Source of the DNA: Macrostomum lignano
Taxonomy: Eukaryota
Direction of reading: 5' to 3'
Assembly: GCA_002269645.1 (NCBI GenBank)
Contig: NIVC01001657.1
Span: 1 to 64,000, forward strand
Length of the DNA: 64,000 bases
The position numbers and the translations under genes were made by a program. A model generated the notes under the pieces. The model worked only from the letters and a program-made list of their open reading frames with translations, did no database searches and was not told the origin of the DNA. Of this stretch, positions 62,814 through 64,000 are shown piece by piece (positions within the stretch are counted from its first letter, which is position 1; each line of letters begins with the position of its first letter).

Positions 62814-63140
62814 GGTAGGCAGACACAGACACAGACAGACAGACAGGTAGGCAGACACAGACACAGACAGACAGACAGGTAGGCAGACACAGACAGACAG
62901 ACAGACAGGTAGGCAGACACAGAAAGACAGACAGACAGACAGGTAGGCATAGACACAGACAGACAGACAGACAGGCAGACACAGACAGACAGACAGGTAG
63001 GCAGACACATAAAGACATACAGACAGGTAGGCAGACACAGAAAGACAGACAGACAGACAGGTAGGCATAGACACAGACAGACAGACAGACAGACAGGCAG
63101 ACAGAAAGCTAGGCAGACAGACTGACAGGTAGACAGACAG
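62737..63140. repeat. (CAGA)n-derived microsatellite
   Basis: CAGG/CAGA/CACA tetranucleotide mosaic. Confidence 0.95.
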
Positions 63141-63644
63141 CGAACTCATGTAACCAAAGCGGTTGCCACAGCAGGTACAAATATTTTCCCAGGCTTGATA
63201 CAGTCAGTTTTAGGTAAATTAGCAACTAAGATGGCAGACAAGGCTCGCCAAAATGATAGTTAAAAAACAGCATGGCTCTAACCAAAGCTAGGCAGTCGAT
63301 ACCCATAAAAATAAATATATATTAGCTATAATATTCAAGCATATACACTAATCCTAGACTAAGACTGGAAGTACAAAATACAACGTGCAGTAAAATATTG
63401 AACTCAAGATAAAATGTTAATCTTTTTCAAGCAGTACGAGAAACCTTAAATCTGTCTTACACCTTAAATCATGGAATCCAGGCATCGGGCATTGTAATCA
63501 TTAGCCTTTTCACCTCATCTGGGAAAATAATGTAGTCAGAAAATGCAGTGTATAAACTCGCTAGACAGATAATCATGTAGCGGGGGGGAAGACGGGCAAA
63601 AACTCCGGTTACTCGATCGAGTCTAGAACAGTGAGTACTATAGA

Positions 63645-63655
63645 TAGATAGATAA

Positions 63656-63700
<45 letters not shown>

Positions 63701-63717
63701 CGGATAAAAAGACATAC

Positions 63718-63776
<59 letters not shown>

Positions 63777-63828
63777 CGGATAGATAGATAGATAGATAGG
63801 TAGATAGATAGGTAGATAGATAGATAGG

Positions 63829-63904
<76 letters not shown>

Positions 63905-63906
63905 CG

Positions 63907-63988
<82 letters not shown>

Positions 63989-64000
63989 CGGATAGATAGA
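63645..64000. repeat. (GATA)n microsatellite running to the window end
   Basis: Tetranucleotide run. Confidence 0.98.

Noticed and set aside
59742-63149. Long ORFs such as GQCGIYIGAVWYLY, EWGGAEWSG and CLSVCLSV repeats
   Set aside because: All are translations of simple or tandem repeats

Overview
Eukaryotic (metazoan) genomic DNA with spliceosomal introns. The Ala/Gln-rich coding style and microsatellite spectrum resemble the flatworm Macrostomum lignano (inference only). Host genes: a 3-exon NACHT-NTPase/LRR-like gene (+, 2.1-6.6 kb); a Q50 paired-class homeobox gene (-, 8.9-9.9 kb); a ~21-exon PX-PH-phospholipase D gene (-, 10.9-24.9 kb) in which both HKD catalytic motifs are substituted, so it is a probable pseudoenzyme; two tandem 3-exon paralogs encoding an unrecognised secreted CxxC protein (-, 25.8-29.5 kb); ubiquilin (+, 47.5-56.7 kb); and the 3' exons of ELP1 (-, 58.2-60.7 kb). 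The 27.5-46.8 kb interval is a transposon stack: Tc1 and Harbinger remnants, a THAP/P-type element (8-bp TSD) with a nested DIRS/Ngaro tyrosine-recombinase retroelement, an intact Tc1/IS630-like element with unusual DD30E spacing, and an apparently complete 9.4-kb EnSpm/CACTA element. Two sharply bounded CpG-free tracts (37.9-40.0 kb and 48.3-49.9 kb) lie in the 5' introns of transcription units and look like methylation/deamination footprints. All coordinates, splice sites and counts were read by eye; no database searches were run.
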